Shown here piece by piece: positions 43,145 to 54,727 of a DNA stretch of 64,000 nt. Source of the DNA: Synergistales bacterium (lineage in GTDB: Bacteria > Synergistota > Synergistia > Synergistales > JAFGMB01); assembly GCA_963666205.1 (NCBI GenBank), contig OY762654.1, positions 1,216,001-1,280,000 of the forward strand, written 5' to 3'. A program made the position numbers and the translations under genes. A model generated the notes under the pieces. That model was not told the DNA's origin. It did no database searches and saw only the letters and a list, made by a program, of their open reading frames with translations. The stretch's first letter is position 1. Every line of letters begins with the position of its first letter.

Positions 43145-43482
43145 TTTATCTGTATCCTCTCTGTGTCAAGAGTATGGAAATACCTGGAAAGGTCCATAAC
43201 CACAACTACCAGAAGGGCAAGGATGGAAAAGCCGATGACAATGTCTGTGAGGATAACCGCCTGGGGAACGGGATCTGCCACGGGAACTCCCGCAGAAGGA
43301 TCGGTCATTATGGGTGACCTGGATCTTTGCCAGGCCGAAAGGACAAAGAGGCTTATTACGCCGGTATTCATTATATCCATGGCTATTACTTTCATGATGA
43401 GGTTCCTCTTGAAAAGAATACCTCCAAGACCAATGGCAACAACTGAAAGAAGTATAGTCCTCACCACGAATATAACGTCCAC
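43132..43482 (-). CDS. mnhC: Mrp/Mnh subunit C (copy 1)
   Basis: NLIMKVIA, DPVPQAVILTDIVIG; GTG start after GGGGAGG. Confidence 0.88.
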   Translation of the reverse strand: MDVIFVVRTILLSVVAIGLGGILFKRNLIMKVIAMDIMNTGVISLFVLSAWQRSRSPIMTDPSAGVPVADPVPQAVILTDIVIGFSILALLVVVVMDLSRYFHTLDTERIQIKWKR

Positions 43483-43620
43483 GAAAGGACCTCCCCTGCA
43501 GGCAAAAGTATTTTCATGCTTAGTCACTAGTGTAAATGGTTAAAGAGAAGTTTGCAATAACTTCGCGAACATTATCCTAACGATGTAACATGCAGAATTA
43601 ATACATGGATAGAGTAAAAA

Positions 43621-43666
43621 GGGAGGATGGATCACGGAATGTATCTATCTGGATAACAACGCCACC
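43621..43666 (+). pseudogene. nifS 5' stub at the duplication junction
   Basis: RBS then [13 protein letters not shown], exactly 2055 bp upstream of the real [11 protein letters not shown]. Confidence 0.85.
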
Positions 43667-43745
43667 TGTTACAAGCAGAGGAATATAATGAAACCCCGTC
43701 AAGGCTGTCCAGATCAGAAAAAACCTCTGTTACAAAGGGTGTCAT
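43667..43745 (-). pseudogene. mnhE 5' stub at the duplication junction
   Basis: MTPFVTEVF[fs]IWTALTGFHYIPLLVT versus MTPLVAAAFLLWVALTGLHDIPLIVT. Confidence 0.8.
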
Positions 43746-45199
43746 GAACCGAACACTCCCATCATTGCGAGAATGCATAGAAGAGACAGACCGATGATAT
43801 GCACAAGCTCCTCAGGCCACTTTGGCAGTTCCATAAAGTTTTTTCTCATAAACAGCAGGTAAAACCCCCATCCTGCCATAAAGAACAAAGAAGCCTTTAT
43901 CATGGAGAAAAGGGAGAAATACCCGGATGAGATGTCAAGAGCGACCAGGGAAACCACAAAAAACATATCTGTCCTGTTCAGCATCCTGGAAACCGGACAT
44001 CCAGGGTTCAAAGGAATAAAAACAAGTTTTGCAAAGGAAAGGCATGTCCCTGTTGCTGCCAGGTACATGAAGGGAACCTGCCAGTACGCCAGCCCTGTGA
44101 ATATCTTCGACTTGATGGCATATCCGCCCAGAAGGGGCATTCCGGATATAGCCAGAGCTCCGATAAGAAGAGGAAACCTGAGATCAGCGTTCAATCCCCT
44201 GCCTTTAAGTTCCTTGAGATCCCGGGTATTCAATCTGCCTGCTGTAAGGAATAGCCAGGATTTGAAAAGACCGTGCGCCAGTGCATAAATATGTCCAAAG
44301 GCAGGTAAAACCATAATGAAACCCATCTGGGATATGGTGTGATAAGCGAGCATTTTTTTAAGATCCTTTTCAAATACGGCATAGATAACACCGTACAAGG
44401 CAGTAAAGATCGCCAGCACTGACACTACCTTCAGGATAGCTGGAGAAAGAGTGGACATTCTGAGCAAAGGGGCAATGCCTATTTTTACTATAACTCCTGA
44501 AAGCAGTGCAGAAACGGTGCTTTCCGCTTCCCCATGGGCCTCGGGAAGCCACAGCCCCATACAGAAAATCCCTCCCTTGACCGATAGTCCTGTTACCAGA
44601 AGGTAAACAGGAAGCCCGGAAAGGTCCGGAAGGATCGACATAGAGAAAGAACCGCTCCGGTTATAGGCATACAGGCACCCCAGCAGATAGAGGATCATAC
44701 CAACGTTACCCACTATAAGGTACATAACAGACGACCAGGCCTGTCTTGGTTTTCTGCCGATCCTTATAAGAAGAAAAGCCAGGATGCTTGCCAGTTCTAT
44801 ACATACAAAAACATTGTACAAATCGTAACTTATGAAAACGGCATTTGCCGTTCCATGTAACATGGCCATGAGAGGAAAGGCGAAAAGAGGGAGAGTTCCT
44901 TTTTGCATAGAAATAGTTACGCCAAGAAATACCAGACAATTCATAAGCACAAAGGTCCATGCAAACCGGTCCAGCAGAAGCTCTACACCGAAGGAACCTT
45001 CCAGGAACAGGTGTATTTCCTTTCCCTCTATGAACATAACAACTGCAAGGACGGCCCCCGTTAAAAACATCACAGGAAGGATCTTCCTGCCATAATCAGG
45101 TTTCTTTAAAAGCATAACTCCTACAGAAAATGGGACCAGTACTATCAGACAGGCAGGAATGAGCCCTGACATGTTATCCATAAGGCTCAACGCTTCCAT
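43742..45199 (-). CDS. mnhD: Mrp/Mnh subunit D (copy 2)
   Basis: DLYNVFVCIE, WLPEAH, AYHTISQ, HGLFKS. Confidence 0.88.
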   Translation of the reverse strand: MEALSLMDNMSGLIPACLIVLVPFSVGVMLLKKPDYGRKILPVMFLTGAVLAVVMFIEGKEIHLFLEGSFGVELLLDRFAWTFVLMNCLVFLGVTISMQKGTLPLFAFPLMAMLHGTANAVFISYDLYNVFVCIELASILAFLLIRIGRKPRQAWSSVMYLIVGNVGMILYLLGCLYAYNRSGSFSMSILPDLSGLPVYLLVTGLSVKGGIFCMGLWLPEAHGEAESTVSALLSGVIVKIGIAPLLRMSTLSPAILKVVSVLAIFTALYGVIYAVFEKDLKKMLAYHTISQMGFIMVLPAFGHIYALAHGLFKSWLFLTAGRLNTRDLKELKGRGLNADLRFPLLIGALAISGMPLLGGYAIKSKIFTGLAYWQVPFMYLAATGTCLSFAKLVFIPLNPGCPVSRMLNRTDMFFVVSLVALDISSGYFSLFSMIKASLFFMAGWGFYLLFMRKNFMELPKWPEELVHIIGLSLLCILAMMGVFGS

Positions 45200-45537
45200 T
45201 TTATCTGTATCCTCTCTGTATCAAGAGTATGAAAATACCTGGAAAGGTCCATAACAACAACTACCAGAAGGGCAAGGATGGAAAAGCCGATGACAATGTC
45301 TGTGAGGATAACCGCCTGGGGAACAGGATCTGCCACGGGAACTCCCGCAGAAGGATCGGTCATTATGGGTGACCTGGATCTTTGCCAGGCCGAAAGGACA
45401 AAGAGGCTTATTACGCCGGTATTCATTATATCCATGGCTATTACTTTCATGATGAGGTTCCTCTTGAAAAGAATACCTCCAAGACCAATGGCAACAACTG
45501 AAAGAAGTATAGTCCTCACCACGAATATAACGTCCAC
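45187..45537 (-). CDS. mnhC: Mrp/Mnh subunit C (copy 2, same protein as copy 1 from the GTG start)
   Basis: Same translation as 43132-43482. Confidence 0.88.
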   Translation of the reverse strand: MDVIFVVRTILLSVVAIGLGGILFKRNLIMKVIAMDIMNTGVISLFVLSAWQRSRSPIMTDPSAGVPVADPVPQAVILTDIVIGFSILALLVVVVMDLSRYFHTLDTERIQIKWKR

Positions 45538-45667
45538 GAAAGGACCTCCCCTGCAGGCAAAAGTATTTTCATGCTCAGTCACTAGTGTAAATGGTTAAAA
45601 AGGAGTTTGCAATAATTTCACAAACAACAACTTAATGATGTAAAATGAAAGAGCGATACACAGATAG

Positions 45668-46849
<1,182 letters not shown>

Positions 46850-46892
46850 TGGACTTCTTCGGAAACAGATACTTTGAAAGAGGGTGATCCAT

Positions 46893-47858
46893 ATGGCAAA
46901 AAAAGATCTCATAGGAGGTTCCCTCTGGGAACAGTACTCGGATAAGGTTACCCAGAGAATGGTAAATCCTGCATTTATGGGAGATATAACAGAGGAAGAA
47001 GCTGAAAAACTTGGAGGAAAGCTCATTGTGGCAGATTGGGGAGCAGAGGCCTGTGGTGATGCGGTGCGCCTCTACTGGGTGGTAGATCCTGAAACAGACA
47101 AAATACTGAAGGCCAGGTTCAAGACCTTCGGTTGCGGAACCGCCATAGCTTCAAGCGACGTTATGGCTGAGATGTGTATCGGAAAAACAGTCGATGAAGT
47201 GCTTAAAATAACAAACCTGGACGTTGAGCGAGGACTGAGGGACTCCGAAGATACTCCTGCCATACCACCCCAGAAAATGCACTGCAGTGTAATGGCCTAT
47301 GATGTACTGAAAAAAGCGGCATCTCTCTACAAGGGTGTGGACATGGAAAGCCTTGAAGGAGAAGAGATCGTCTGCCAGTGTGCCAGGGTTTCTCTCAAAA
47401 CTATAAGAGATGTGATCAGGCTTAACGACCTGAAAACGGTAGAGGATATAATTCATTACACTAAAGCAGGGGCATTCTGCAAATCCTGCATAAGGCCGGG
47501 GGGACATGAACCTAGAAAGTATTATCTAGAAAACATCCTTCGTGAAGTACGTCATGAAATGGAAATGGAATCTGCTTCCGGACATACAACTGTAACCGAC
47601 TTCACACAGATGACACTGATACAGAAACACAGAGCAGTGGAATCGGTAATAGATAAAGAGATAAGGCCAATCCTGCTCCTCGACGGCGGGAACCTGGAGG
47701 TTGTGGACATGAAGGAACATGCAGACCTGGTGGAGATCTTCATCAGCTACAGCGGTGCATGCAAGGGCTGCCCGAGCAGCCAGACCTTCACCCTCCAGAG
47801 GATAGAAGATTCCCTGAAGGAAAACCTTTCTGAAAAGATAAAGGTCACTCCTGTATAA
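46893..47858 (+). CDS. nifU: Three-domain Fe-S scaffold NifU
   Basis: ACGD/FGCG/KMHC IscU domain, CQC..CKSC central [2Fe-2S] domain, C-terminal GACKGC Nfu domain. Confidence 0.95.
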   Translation: MAKKDLIGGSLWEQYSDKVTQRMVNPAFMGDITEEEAEKLGGKLIVADWGAEACGDAVRLYWVVDPETDKILKARFKTFGCGTAIASSDVMAEMCIGKTVDEVLKITNLDVERGLRDSEDTPAIPPQKMHCSVMAYDVLKKAASLYKGVDMESLEGEEIVCQCARVSLKTIRDVIRLNDLKTVEDIIHYTKAGAFCKSCIRPGGHEPRKYYLENILREVRHEMEMESASGHTTVTDFTQMTLIQKHRAVESVIDKEIRPILLLDGGNLEVVDMKEHADLVEIFISYSGACKGCPSSQTFTLQRIEDSLKENLSEKIKVTPV

Positions 47859-48126
47859 TTGCTCCTGAATAAGGATGCCACTATTGTGGGGAAAGCTTTC
47901 ATCTATAGTTTTCCCCTTTTTTTCTACAATTCAGGGACATGATTCCGGCAGAACATACAAGAAGGGAATGTTGCTTCAATAGAGGAAAATGGCCCTCGAA
48001 TGGGGGTGGAAAAAACAGGCATTCTTTTATCAACGAAAATTCCTGATCAGAAAGACAGTCAAATGAGCTACACTGGAAGGAAATTGCCATATTACGGAAA
48101 GTCCCTTCCGGTATAGGTGGAGTATC

Positions 48127-48474
48127 TTATTTGCTTCTGGTAAGTTTTATTGAAAGAAACATGCTTTTTTCGTCATAATCCAGCTCTGCATGATCGGACA
48201 TTATCCCTAGAAGGGCAAATTCAGATTCCACATCCGAATCCCCGGAAAGACTCCAGTAATATTCCTCCATCTGTGGATTCCTCGGCTGGTTTAATAATTT
48301 CTTTATCCTGTTCGCCTTTTCTCGGCGCATATCCTGACAGGATCCGGAAATGGTTATCACATATCGCTCCCTTTCTTCCAGTATCCTCAAATTCATATCC
48401 CTGCAATCATATTTCAAAAAATCGCTGATCAGTTCTTCTGCCATTCTGGCTATTCTCTGTTTGTAATGGATCAT
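48127..48474 (-). CDS. Hypothetical protein translationally coupled to the DUF1576 gene
   Basis: ATGA overlap; R..QMEEYYWSL.G motif. Confidence 0.7.
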   Translation of the reverse strand: MIHYKQRIARMAEELISDFLKYDCRDMNLRILEERERYVITISGSCQDMRREKANRIKKLLNQPRNPQMEEYYWSLSGDSDVESEFALLGIMSDHAELDYDEKSMFLSIKLTRSK

Positions 48475-49736
48475 CTCGAATCCCTCCTGGTTATTACCTC
48501 TAATATTGGGACAAGGACCATTGCCACTATCCCCCCGGCAAAACCGTTGTTGTAAAGATTGAATCCGGAATGCAGAACCCCTACGTTAAGTACAACCGAG
48601 GAATGGACAAACCCTGCAAGAATCCCCCATTTCCACCCGAATTCACCGCTTATGGGGGCAAGGGTGGTTCCAAAAAGTGCAGCCAGCTGGATAGCGGGGT
48701 CTGTTATAGCCCAGGATTTAGTAAGTGCTCCCAGACCTACTCCAATGAAAATGGGAAGGCTATTCTTGAGGTGTTTGCCAAAAGCACTGAATCCAACAAG
48801 TGTAAATATTCCGGCCAGAGTCGGTCCGTTAAGATCTCCCCTGATAGCAATTATATAAAAAGTGCTGAAAAAACCCATGACACCCATGTTGAACAAGGTG
48901 GCCCCCCAACTTTCAAGGGCGATAAAATCCGTTATCAGGCGCCCGGAATAATGCCATATGGCTCTCTGGGATTTTATAATACCCCTTCCTCCTATAACTA
49001 TAGCCATTAATATCATGACTGAAAACAGGGATACAAGAAATACTCCCAGTATCAGGTTGTTCCCTGTGGTCCATATCATCCTGCTATCCGTCAGGAAACC
49101 GTAAGAACGGAAAATTGATACGTAAAGGGTACCCACTACCCCCGAAACGAAACCTATATTGTAGAGGTTGAAGCCATGATGGACCTTGAGCATCTGGCTT
49201 GCAAGGGTAGGCAGCACAAAACCTATGGAAAGTCCTGTTACAGAAGAGAGAATGATTCTCACTAATGGAGGTACAGATATGCCGAACATAAGCTGGCTGA
49301 CAAGAGGTGAAAGAGCCGTACCAAAGACAGCTACATAAACATATTTTGAAAAATTCTCCCTGCTGAAAACAGAAAAAAGGTAAACGCCGGTAATAATGAA
49401 CCATATGTTGAAAATATTCTTCCCCAGGAAACCAAAACCCGCCACAGTAAAGATAGAGGCCACTGATATCCCTGTTATCCGGGTTTTTTGAGTCAGGAAG
49501 AGAATACCAATTATGAGGGAAAGAAAACCACTATTGAAAAAGGCAGCTCCCATACCGCCAATACCAATGTAGTCACTGATGAGATAATCGGGGTCTTCGA
49601 TGATCAGAAGAACTCCTCTCAGAAGCTCCATTGAGGGTTCCATGAGAAGCCCCGTAGTGATAATAAGGAGTGAAAAGGAGAAAAGGAAAAAGTACGGAAA
49701 AAGCCATTCTCTTCTCTGTGAAAGATATATTGCCAT
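48471..49736 (-). CDS. DUF1576 family membrane protein
   Basis: Internal duplication with GFGFLGKN/GFSAFGKH, FGTALSP/FGTTLAP, GFNLYN twice. Confidence 0.85.
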   Translation of the reverse strand: MAIYLSQRREWLFPYFFLFSFSLLIITTGLLMEPSMELLRGVLLIIEDPDYLISDYIGIGGMGAAFFNSGFLSLIIGILFLTQKTRITGISVASIFTVAGFGFLGKNIFNIWFIITGVYLFSVFSRENFSKYVYVAVFGTALSPLVSQLMFGISVPPLVRIILSSVTGLSIGFVLPTLASQMLKVHHGFNLYNIGFVSGVVGTLYVSIFRSYGFLTDSRMIWTTGNNLILGVFLVSLFSVMILMAIVIGGRGIIKSQRAIWHYSGRLITDFIALESWGATLFNMGVMGFFSTFYIIAIRGDLNGPTLAGIFTLVGFSAFGKHLKNSLPIFIGVGLGALTKSWAITDPAIQLAALFGTTLAPISGEFGWKWGILAGFVHSSVVLNVGVLHSGFNLYNNGFAGGIVAMVLVPILEVITRRDSR

Positions 49737-50229
49737 CGTTTTAATAACCCCCTTTAGCCGCCACTCCAATACTGGAAAATTTAGAATTACAAATATCTCC
49801 TACTCAAACATACCCGAAAGGCTCCGTGGTTCTTCCCATCCATGGATCACTCTTTTCTAAAAAGCGGGAAAATCCAGGATATTCTTAACTTCATTCACTG
49901 ATAAGCCTGAAAGACGAACAACTTTTTCGATGGACCTCGGTCAGATATGCATAATTATCTTCAGGAACTTATCTAAAGGTTCAGAGACAATCAACAAAGA
50001 AGAAGCATAATGTACAAGTATCCTGCCATTGATTTCCATGGATCTGTCAGCATTTCTGAAACTATTAAGAACACCGGTAAGACCAATTTTGAACCTGACG
50101 GACTTGTTCCACCATTTCTTCGTTTCCATGCATGAATTTCAATAAGGATAGCACAGATGGACACCTGATTTCCAAAACCAGAAAAGCTATGATACGTTAA
50201 AATAGGAAGTATGGAGGTGATCACCCATC

Positions 50230-51186
50230 ATGCGAAAACGAACGCTGGTCTCCCTCGTTTCAGTTTGTCTGCTGCTCTGCTTCACCTTTTCCGCCAATGC
50301 AGCATCCCTGGCAAAGGTAATGTCCCTCCCCATATGGGTAGGAGAGGGCAAAGACAGGGTCAGGATAAGGGTGGGAGACATATTCAAAAACACCCTGGAC
50401 TGGGCTTTGACAACCGGGGGTTATGCTATCAATGACCCGTTGAGTTTTACCACAGTCCTTACGAACCTGCCCACAGAATTCAAAGGGGTTCTTCTGACAA
50501 AGATAGAGATGGAAAGACATTATGCCTACAGGCGCCTTATGGAAGCCGAAGATGAGGGATATGCACCCGATAAAAAGTACTTCGGCCAAATGGTGGAACG
50601 TCTCGAGGCTGCAAAAACCTGGGTTGCTACCGGGGACGGGAAAGACCTTGCCAGGCTCGTTGCCCGGGCAAAGAAGGAAACCACCCCTGGCCAAAAACAG
50701 AAGATAAGCACTGTATCCTCTGAACTCCTGCACTCCACCGGATACTTCAAGGCAAGAGAACAGCTTATGCTTCCCTTTAAGGATAACAGTCTCTTCTTCG
50801 AGGTATTTCTGAACGAACATGGAATACCCCAGATACGGGGAGACGGAAAGATAAAGATACAGATGGGAAGCGATTACGTTTATTTCTATTTCAGAATAAA
50901 AAGGGGAGAGATAAGAGACCCTGACCCCAACAAGACTTATCTTGACCTGTCTGAAATTCCCAAAAGGATCAGATGGGAAATATATGGCCGTATAGACCTT
51001 GAAATGAGCGGGCAGAATGCTCCCTTTGACGGAAGTATCCAGGGAGAGGCCTACCTGGACGGCAATACTATAACAGGAAACATCTACGGCCAGAGAGGCT
51101 ATATGAACAGGCTCTGGCCTGCAGGAAACCTTGTAATAGATGCACTTCCCGGAACCCTTGACTTCGAGACGAGCCACTACTTTTAG
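50230..51186 (+). CDS. Secreted hypothetical protein
   Basis: GGAGGT RBS; signal peptide ending in SANA. Confidence 0.7.
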   Translation: MRKRTLVSLVSVCLLLCFTFSANAASLAKVMSLPIWVGEGKDRVRIRVGDIFKNTLDWALTTGGYAINDPLSFTTVLTNLPTEFKGVLLTKIEMERHYAYRRLMEAEDEGYAPDKKYFGQMVERLEAAKTWVATGDGKDLARLVARAKKETTPGQKQKISTVSSELLHSTGYFKAREQLMLPFKDNSLFFEVFLNEHGIPQIRGDGKIKIQMGSDYVYFYFRIKRGEIRDPDPNKTYLDLSEIPKRIRWEIYGRIDLEMSGQNAPFDGSIQGEAYLDGNTITGNIYGQRGYMNRLWPAGNLVIDALPGTLDFETSHYF

Positions 51187-51204
51187 GCAAAGGAGGATCA
51201 GCTG

Positions 51205-52107
51205 ATGAAAAGATCAGAACTGAAGACTGTATTTCCGGCACTTCTGGTAATATGCTGTTTGATCATGGTTGTAAATATCCCCCCTGCCTCATGTGGCGAG
51301 GATGCTGATTCCCGATATAAACTTGCCAGGCAGTACCATAACGGTGAAGGCAAACCAAAGGACCGGCATAGGGCCTTCGAACTGTTTCAGGAAGCCGCAG
51401 AAAAGGGACATAAAGTGGCTCAGTTCTACATGGGTGTCTACTATGACTTCGGGTACATCTTCGAGAAGGACCTGAAAAAAGCAGCCTACTGGTACGGCAA
51501 GGCGGCCGATCAAGGACAGGAAAACGCCCAGTACAACCTTGCCAACATGTACCATTCAGGCAATGGAGTTTTAAAAGACAGGAAAAAAGCTTTCGCTCTT
51601 TATAAAAGTGCGGCAGAACAGGGGCATACCAGCTCTGAGTTCAAAGTGGGCCTTTATTATGATGAAGGTTATATAGCCCCCCCGGATTACAGAAAGGCAG
51701 CCCTGTGGTATGAAAAATCAGCCATGAAGGATCACGTTAGATCCCAGTACAACCTCGGATTTGTGTATTGGGGATTTGGAGATACAACTTTGAAAGACCT
51801 GGAAAAGGCCGAATGGTGGTTTATGATGGCCGCCCTTCAGGAAGATGTGAAATCCATGACCGAACTGGGCCTGTTATACGTAACCATGGGATCTGAAGGA
51901 AAGGTACAGTTATACTATGACAGGGGATATTACTGGCTGAGAAAGGCCTCTTTCAATGATGATGCAAGAGCCATGTACTACCTGGGCCTGATGTACTCAA
52001 AAGGGGATGGAGTTCAAGAGGACCTTAAGAGAGCAAAATCGTGGCTTGAAAAAGCTGCCGCCAAAGGAAATAAAGACGCGAAAAAGATCCTGACCGGAAT
52101 GAATTGA
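51205..52107 (+). CDS. Sel1-repeat (TPR-like) secreted protein
   Basis: Repeated AQYNLA..Y..G.G...D..KA..WY.KAA units. Confidence 0.92.
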   Translation: MKRSELKTVFPALLVICCLIMVVNIPPASCGEDADSRYKLARQYHNGEGKPKDRHRAFELFQEAAEKGHKVAQFYMGVYYDFGYIFEKDLKKAAYWYGKAADQGQENAQYNLANMYHSGNGVLKDRKKAFALYKSAAEQGHTSSEFKVGLYYDEGYIAPPDYRKAALWYEKSAMKDHVRSQYNLGFVYWGFGDTTLKDLEKAEWWFMMAALQEDVKSMTELGLLYVTMGSEGKVQLYYDRGYYWLRKASFNDDARAMYYLGLMYSKGDGVQEDLKRAKSWLEKAAAKGNKDAKKILTGMN

Positions 52108-52161
52108 TGGACGCGAAACTTTCAGCAGGGAGTAGATATATTTAACTCCCTGCTCTCTTCA

Positions 52162-52773
52162 TCAGATACGGGGGTTCTCCCGTTCAAAACAGGTAATGCA
52201 GAGAACCCGTCCACCGGAAAGCCTTGCCTTTGTCTCCATAACCATTTCTCCACAATCTTCACAGGAAACACTTTTTTTCATGGGAGCATATTCAGGAACT
52301 GGGAACTGGACTTCCTTCACCTCGAACAGGTCTACCAGGTCAGCCCCCAGTATCATGCCGGAATGTTCATCCCGAAGTTCCAGAAACCGGGTCCAGTCAT
52401 CTTCAGAGAGGGAACCTTCGTTACTTTTCTTCTGCAGTTCCCTATACTCCTCCCGTCCTTTATCGTCACCAGGGCGAAGGACTATCCTTTTAGACTTTCC
52501 ATCCCTCCGACGGTAGAAACTGAAAGCGACCTTTCCCAATGTCCTGACCACAAGATTACCCTTTCCCAGGGTACATCCTGTGAGGAACTGGATGGCATCC
52601 ACTCCGCAGAAGTCCGTCTCTGCAACTGTAACGATATCTTCATCCAGGCTGTGGCCAAATTCCTGCAGGGCAAATTCTGACGCCCTGATACCGATCGCCA
52701 GCCCCGGACACCAGTGGCCGTGAAAATCTATACATTTATGTATAAGCTCTTCGGTAATTATTTGTTTGGACAT
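52162..52773 (-). CDS. FmdE family protein with C-terminal zinc finger
   Basis: FHGHWCPGLAIG, CGVDAIQFLTGCTLGKGN, CEDCGE..CITC. Confidence 0.92.
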   Translation of the reverse strand: MSKQIITEELIHKCIDFHGHWCPGLAIGIRASEFALQEFGHSLDEDIVTVAETDFCGVDAIQFLTGCTLGKGNLVVRTLGKVAFSFYRRRDGKSKRIVLRPGDDKGREEYRELQKKSNEGSLSEDDWTRFLELRDEHSGMILGADLVDLFEVKEVQFPVPEYAPMKKSVSCEDCGEMVMETKARLSGGRVLCITCFERENPRI

Positions 52774-52814
52774 ATAACTATCCCTCCTGAAAAGACAATT
52801 TCGATATTGACAGT

Positions 52815-53660
52815 TTAAGATACGTTTTTCCTGAAGAGTGGAACCGGATCAGCTCCCGAAGAATGACTGTGGAAATCTTCTCCCTCCAGAGGACAGTCCA
52901 AAGCTGCAGAAGGGATGACTACGGGAACGTCTCCTGCAAATATAAGCTCGACCTTGAGTCCATATATATCTTCAATGACCGACGCATTTATCTCCTCTCT
53001 GCTCAATGAATAGGCGATACGTCCATCCTTGAGGAAGAGGAACCTGTGGCCAAAACGGAAAGCCGTGTTCAGATCGTGCATGGTAACCACCGCTGCCAGA
53101 CCATGACCTGTGACGATATGGTCAAGGATCTCCATGACCTCCACCTGGTTCTTGAGGTCCAGGCTGCTGGTGGGCTCATCAAGTAAAAGAAGACCCGGCT
53201 CCTGAGCCAGTGCCCTTGCTATCATAACCTTCTGGATCTCCCCTCCGCTCATTTCATCCAGACTTCTAAGGGCAAGGTCTTCCAGATGAAGGGTCTGAAT
53301 TATTCCATCAACAGCTTTCAGGTCATTTTCTGTTACGTGCCACCCCATGTGTGGTCTGCGGCCAAGAAGAATAGCATCAAAAACAGAAACCCTCCCCGAC
53401 TGATTCCTCTGGGGAACATAACCTACCAGCCTTGCTATTTCCCGCTGGGAGAGGGAGAAAAGATCCTTCCCGTCAAGTAACATCTTCCCCCGTCCGGGAG
53501 TCAGGATACCGTTCATACATTTGAGAAGCGTAGACTTGCCTACTCCGTTGGGCCCCATGATCATCACTGTTTCACCGGGAGAAACGTTCAGAGTGATATC
53601 GTTCAGTACAGGACGTGAAGGATATTGAAAGTTCATATCCATAACCTGAAGTATCATCAC
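52815..53660 (-). CDS. ABC transporter ATPase (FecE/BtuD-like)
   Basis: GPNGVGKST, MSGGE, LLLDEPT, H-loop. Confidence 0.93.
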   Translation of the reverse strand: MMILQVMDMNFQYPSRPVLNDITLNVSPGETVMIMGPNGVGKSTLLKCMNGILTPGRGKMLLDGKDLFSLSQREIARLVGYVPQRNQSGRVSVFDAILLGRRPHMGWHVTENDLKAVDGIIQTLHLEDLALRSLDEMSGGEIQKVMIARALAQEPGLLLLDEPTSSLDLKNQVEVMEILDHIVTGHGLAAVVTMHDLNTAFRFGHRFLFLKDGRIAYSLSREEINASVIEDIYGLKVELIFAGDVPVVIPSAALDCPLEGEDFHSHSSGADPVPLFRKNVS

Positions 53661-54724
53661 CTGTTCCCCCTTATTATCAGGTAAATAAACAGAGGTGCTC
53701 CCAGAAATGATGTAAGGACCGAAACGGGAAGTATCCTGGGTGAAATAACCGTCCTGGCTGCCAGATCCGCTCCCAGAAGAAGCAGTGATCCAACTATTGC
53801 AGCTCCGGGGATAAGGAATCTGTGGTCATCTCCCACTATTTTCCGGACCATATGAGGAGCCACAAGACCCACAAAACCTATCACGCCCACACAGGAAACA
53901 ATAAGAGCTGAAATCAGGGACGCCATGAACATTCCAAAAAGGCGTACCCTTTGAACTTTTACACCAAGAGAATGGGCAGATTCCTCTCCGGCGTCTATGG
54001 CATTATAGTCCCAGGATCTCCAGAGAAAGAAAAACATGGACAGCATGGATGCCAGTGAGAGAAGGATTACCTGAAGCCAGTCAGCCCTTGCCAGATCCCC
54101 GAAGGTCCAGAAAACCATCGCTGCCAATTCCGTATCGTCGGCAAAGAACTGAAGGATAAGGGTCCCTGCAGTAAACAGAGATCCAATTGCAACCCCTGAA
54201 AGTACTATGGATTCAGGAGAAATATTTCTTCGTCTTGAAAGAGCGAGGATGACCACTGTAGCTATAATGCTGGAACCAAATGCAAAAAAGAAGGTCAGTG
54301 GCATATTATTTATGGTAACAGCATTGGCAAGAGTGCTCTGCATTCCCCCCGAACCAAGAAGGATAACAGAAAAGGCCGCTCCGAATGCCGCAGCCTGTGA
54401 TATTCCAAGGGTAAAAGGCGATCCCAGAGGATTTCTCAGCAGGGACTGCATTACCCCTCCCGATACAGCCAACCCCACACCTGCTGCTATAGCGGCAAGA
54501 GCCTGTGGAAGACGGATCTTCCAAACTATGAGGCTCGTCTGCCTTGAAACATCATGACCATACAGACTCTTGAGGACCTCGGAAGGTGCAAGACGGACAG
54601 GACCAAGACAGAGAGAAAGAACAAACAATATAAGCAGCAATGCTCCCCCTGTAAAAAGCCATGTTTTTTTCCTGACTATATAAGCCCTGTAAGCGGCAGG
54701 ATCATGACCTCGTTCAATATGCAT
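53657..54724 (-). CDS. FecCD-family ABC permease
   Basis: IRLP, LRNPLGSPFTLG, GEESAHSLG, GFVGLVAPH. Confidence 0.93.
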   Translation of the reverse strand: MHIERGHDPAAYRAYIVRKKTWLFTGGALLLILFVLSLCLGPVRLAPSEVLKSLYGHDVSRQTSLIVWKIRLPQALAAIAAGVGLAVSGGVMQSLLRNPLGSPFTLGISQAAAFGAAFSVILLGSGGMQSTLANAVTINNMPLTFFFAFGSSIIATVVILALSRRRNISPESIVLSGVAIGSLFTAGTLILQFFADDTELAAMVFWTFGDLARADWLQVILLSLASMLSMFFFLWRSWDYNAIDAGEESAHSLGVKVQRVRLFGMFMASLISALIVSCVGVIGFVGLVAPHMVRKIVGDDHRFLIPGAAIVGSLLLLGADLAARTVISPRILPVSVLTSFLGAPLFIYLIIRGNR

Positions 54725-54727
54725 ATA

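Noticed and set aside
39403-45537. Membrane-bound hydrogenase (Mbh/Ech) cluster
   Set aside because: No NiFe catalytic or Fe-S subunits nearby; fits an Mrp antiporter
45607-45624. Rex-like operator (TTTGCAATAATTTCACAA) between mnhC and nifS
   Set aside because: Only one half-site matches and the duplicate copy is more degenerate
50260-51177. 305-aa antisense ORF
   Set aside because: Mirrors the + strand gene, which has the RBS and signal peptide; most likely a codon-bias shadow
52162-52773. Methanogenesis gene (fmdE)
   Set aside because: FmdE-family proteins are widespread in bacteria and no other fmd subunits are present
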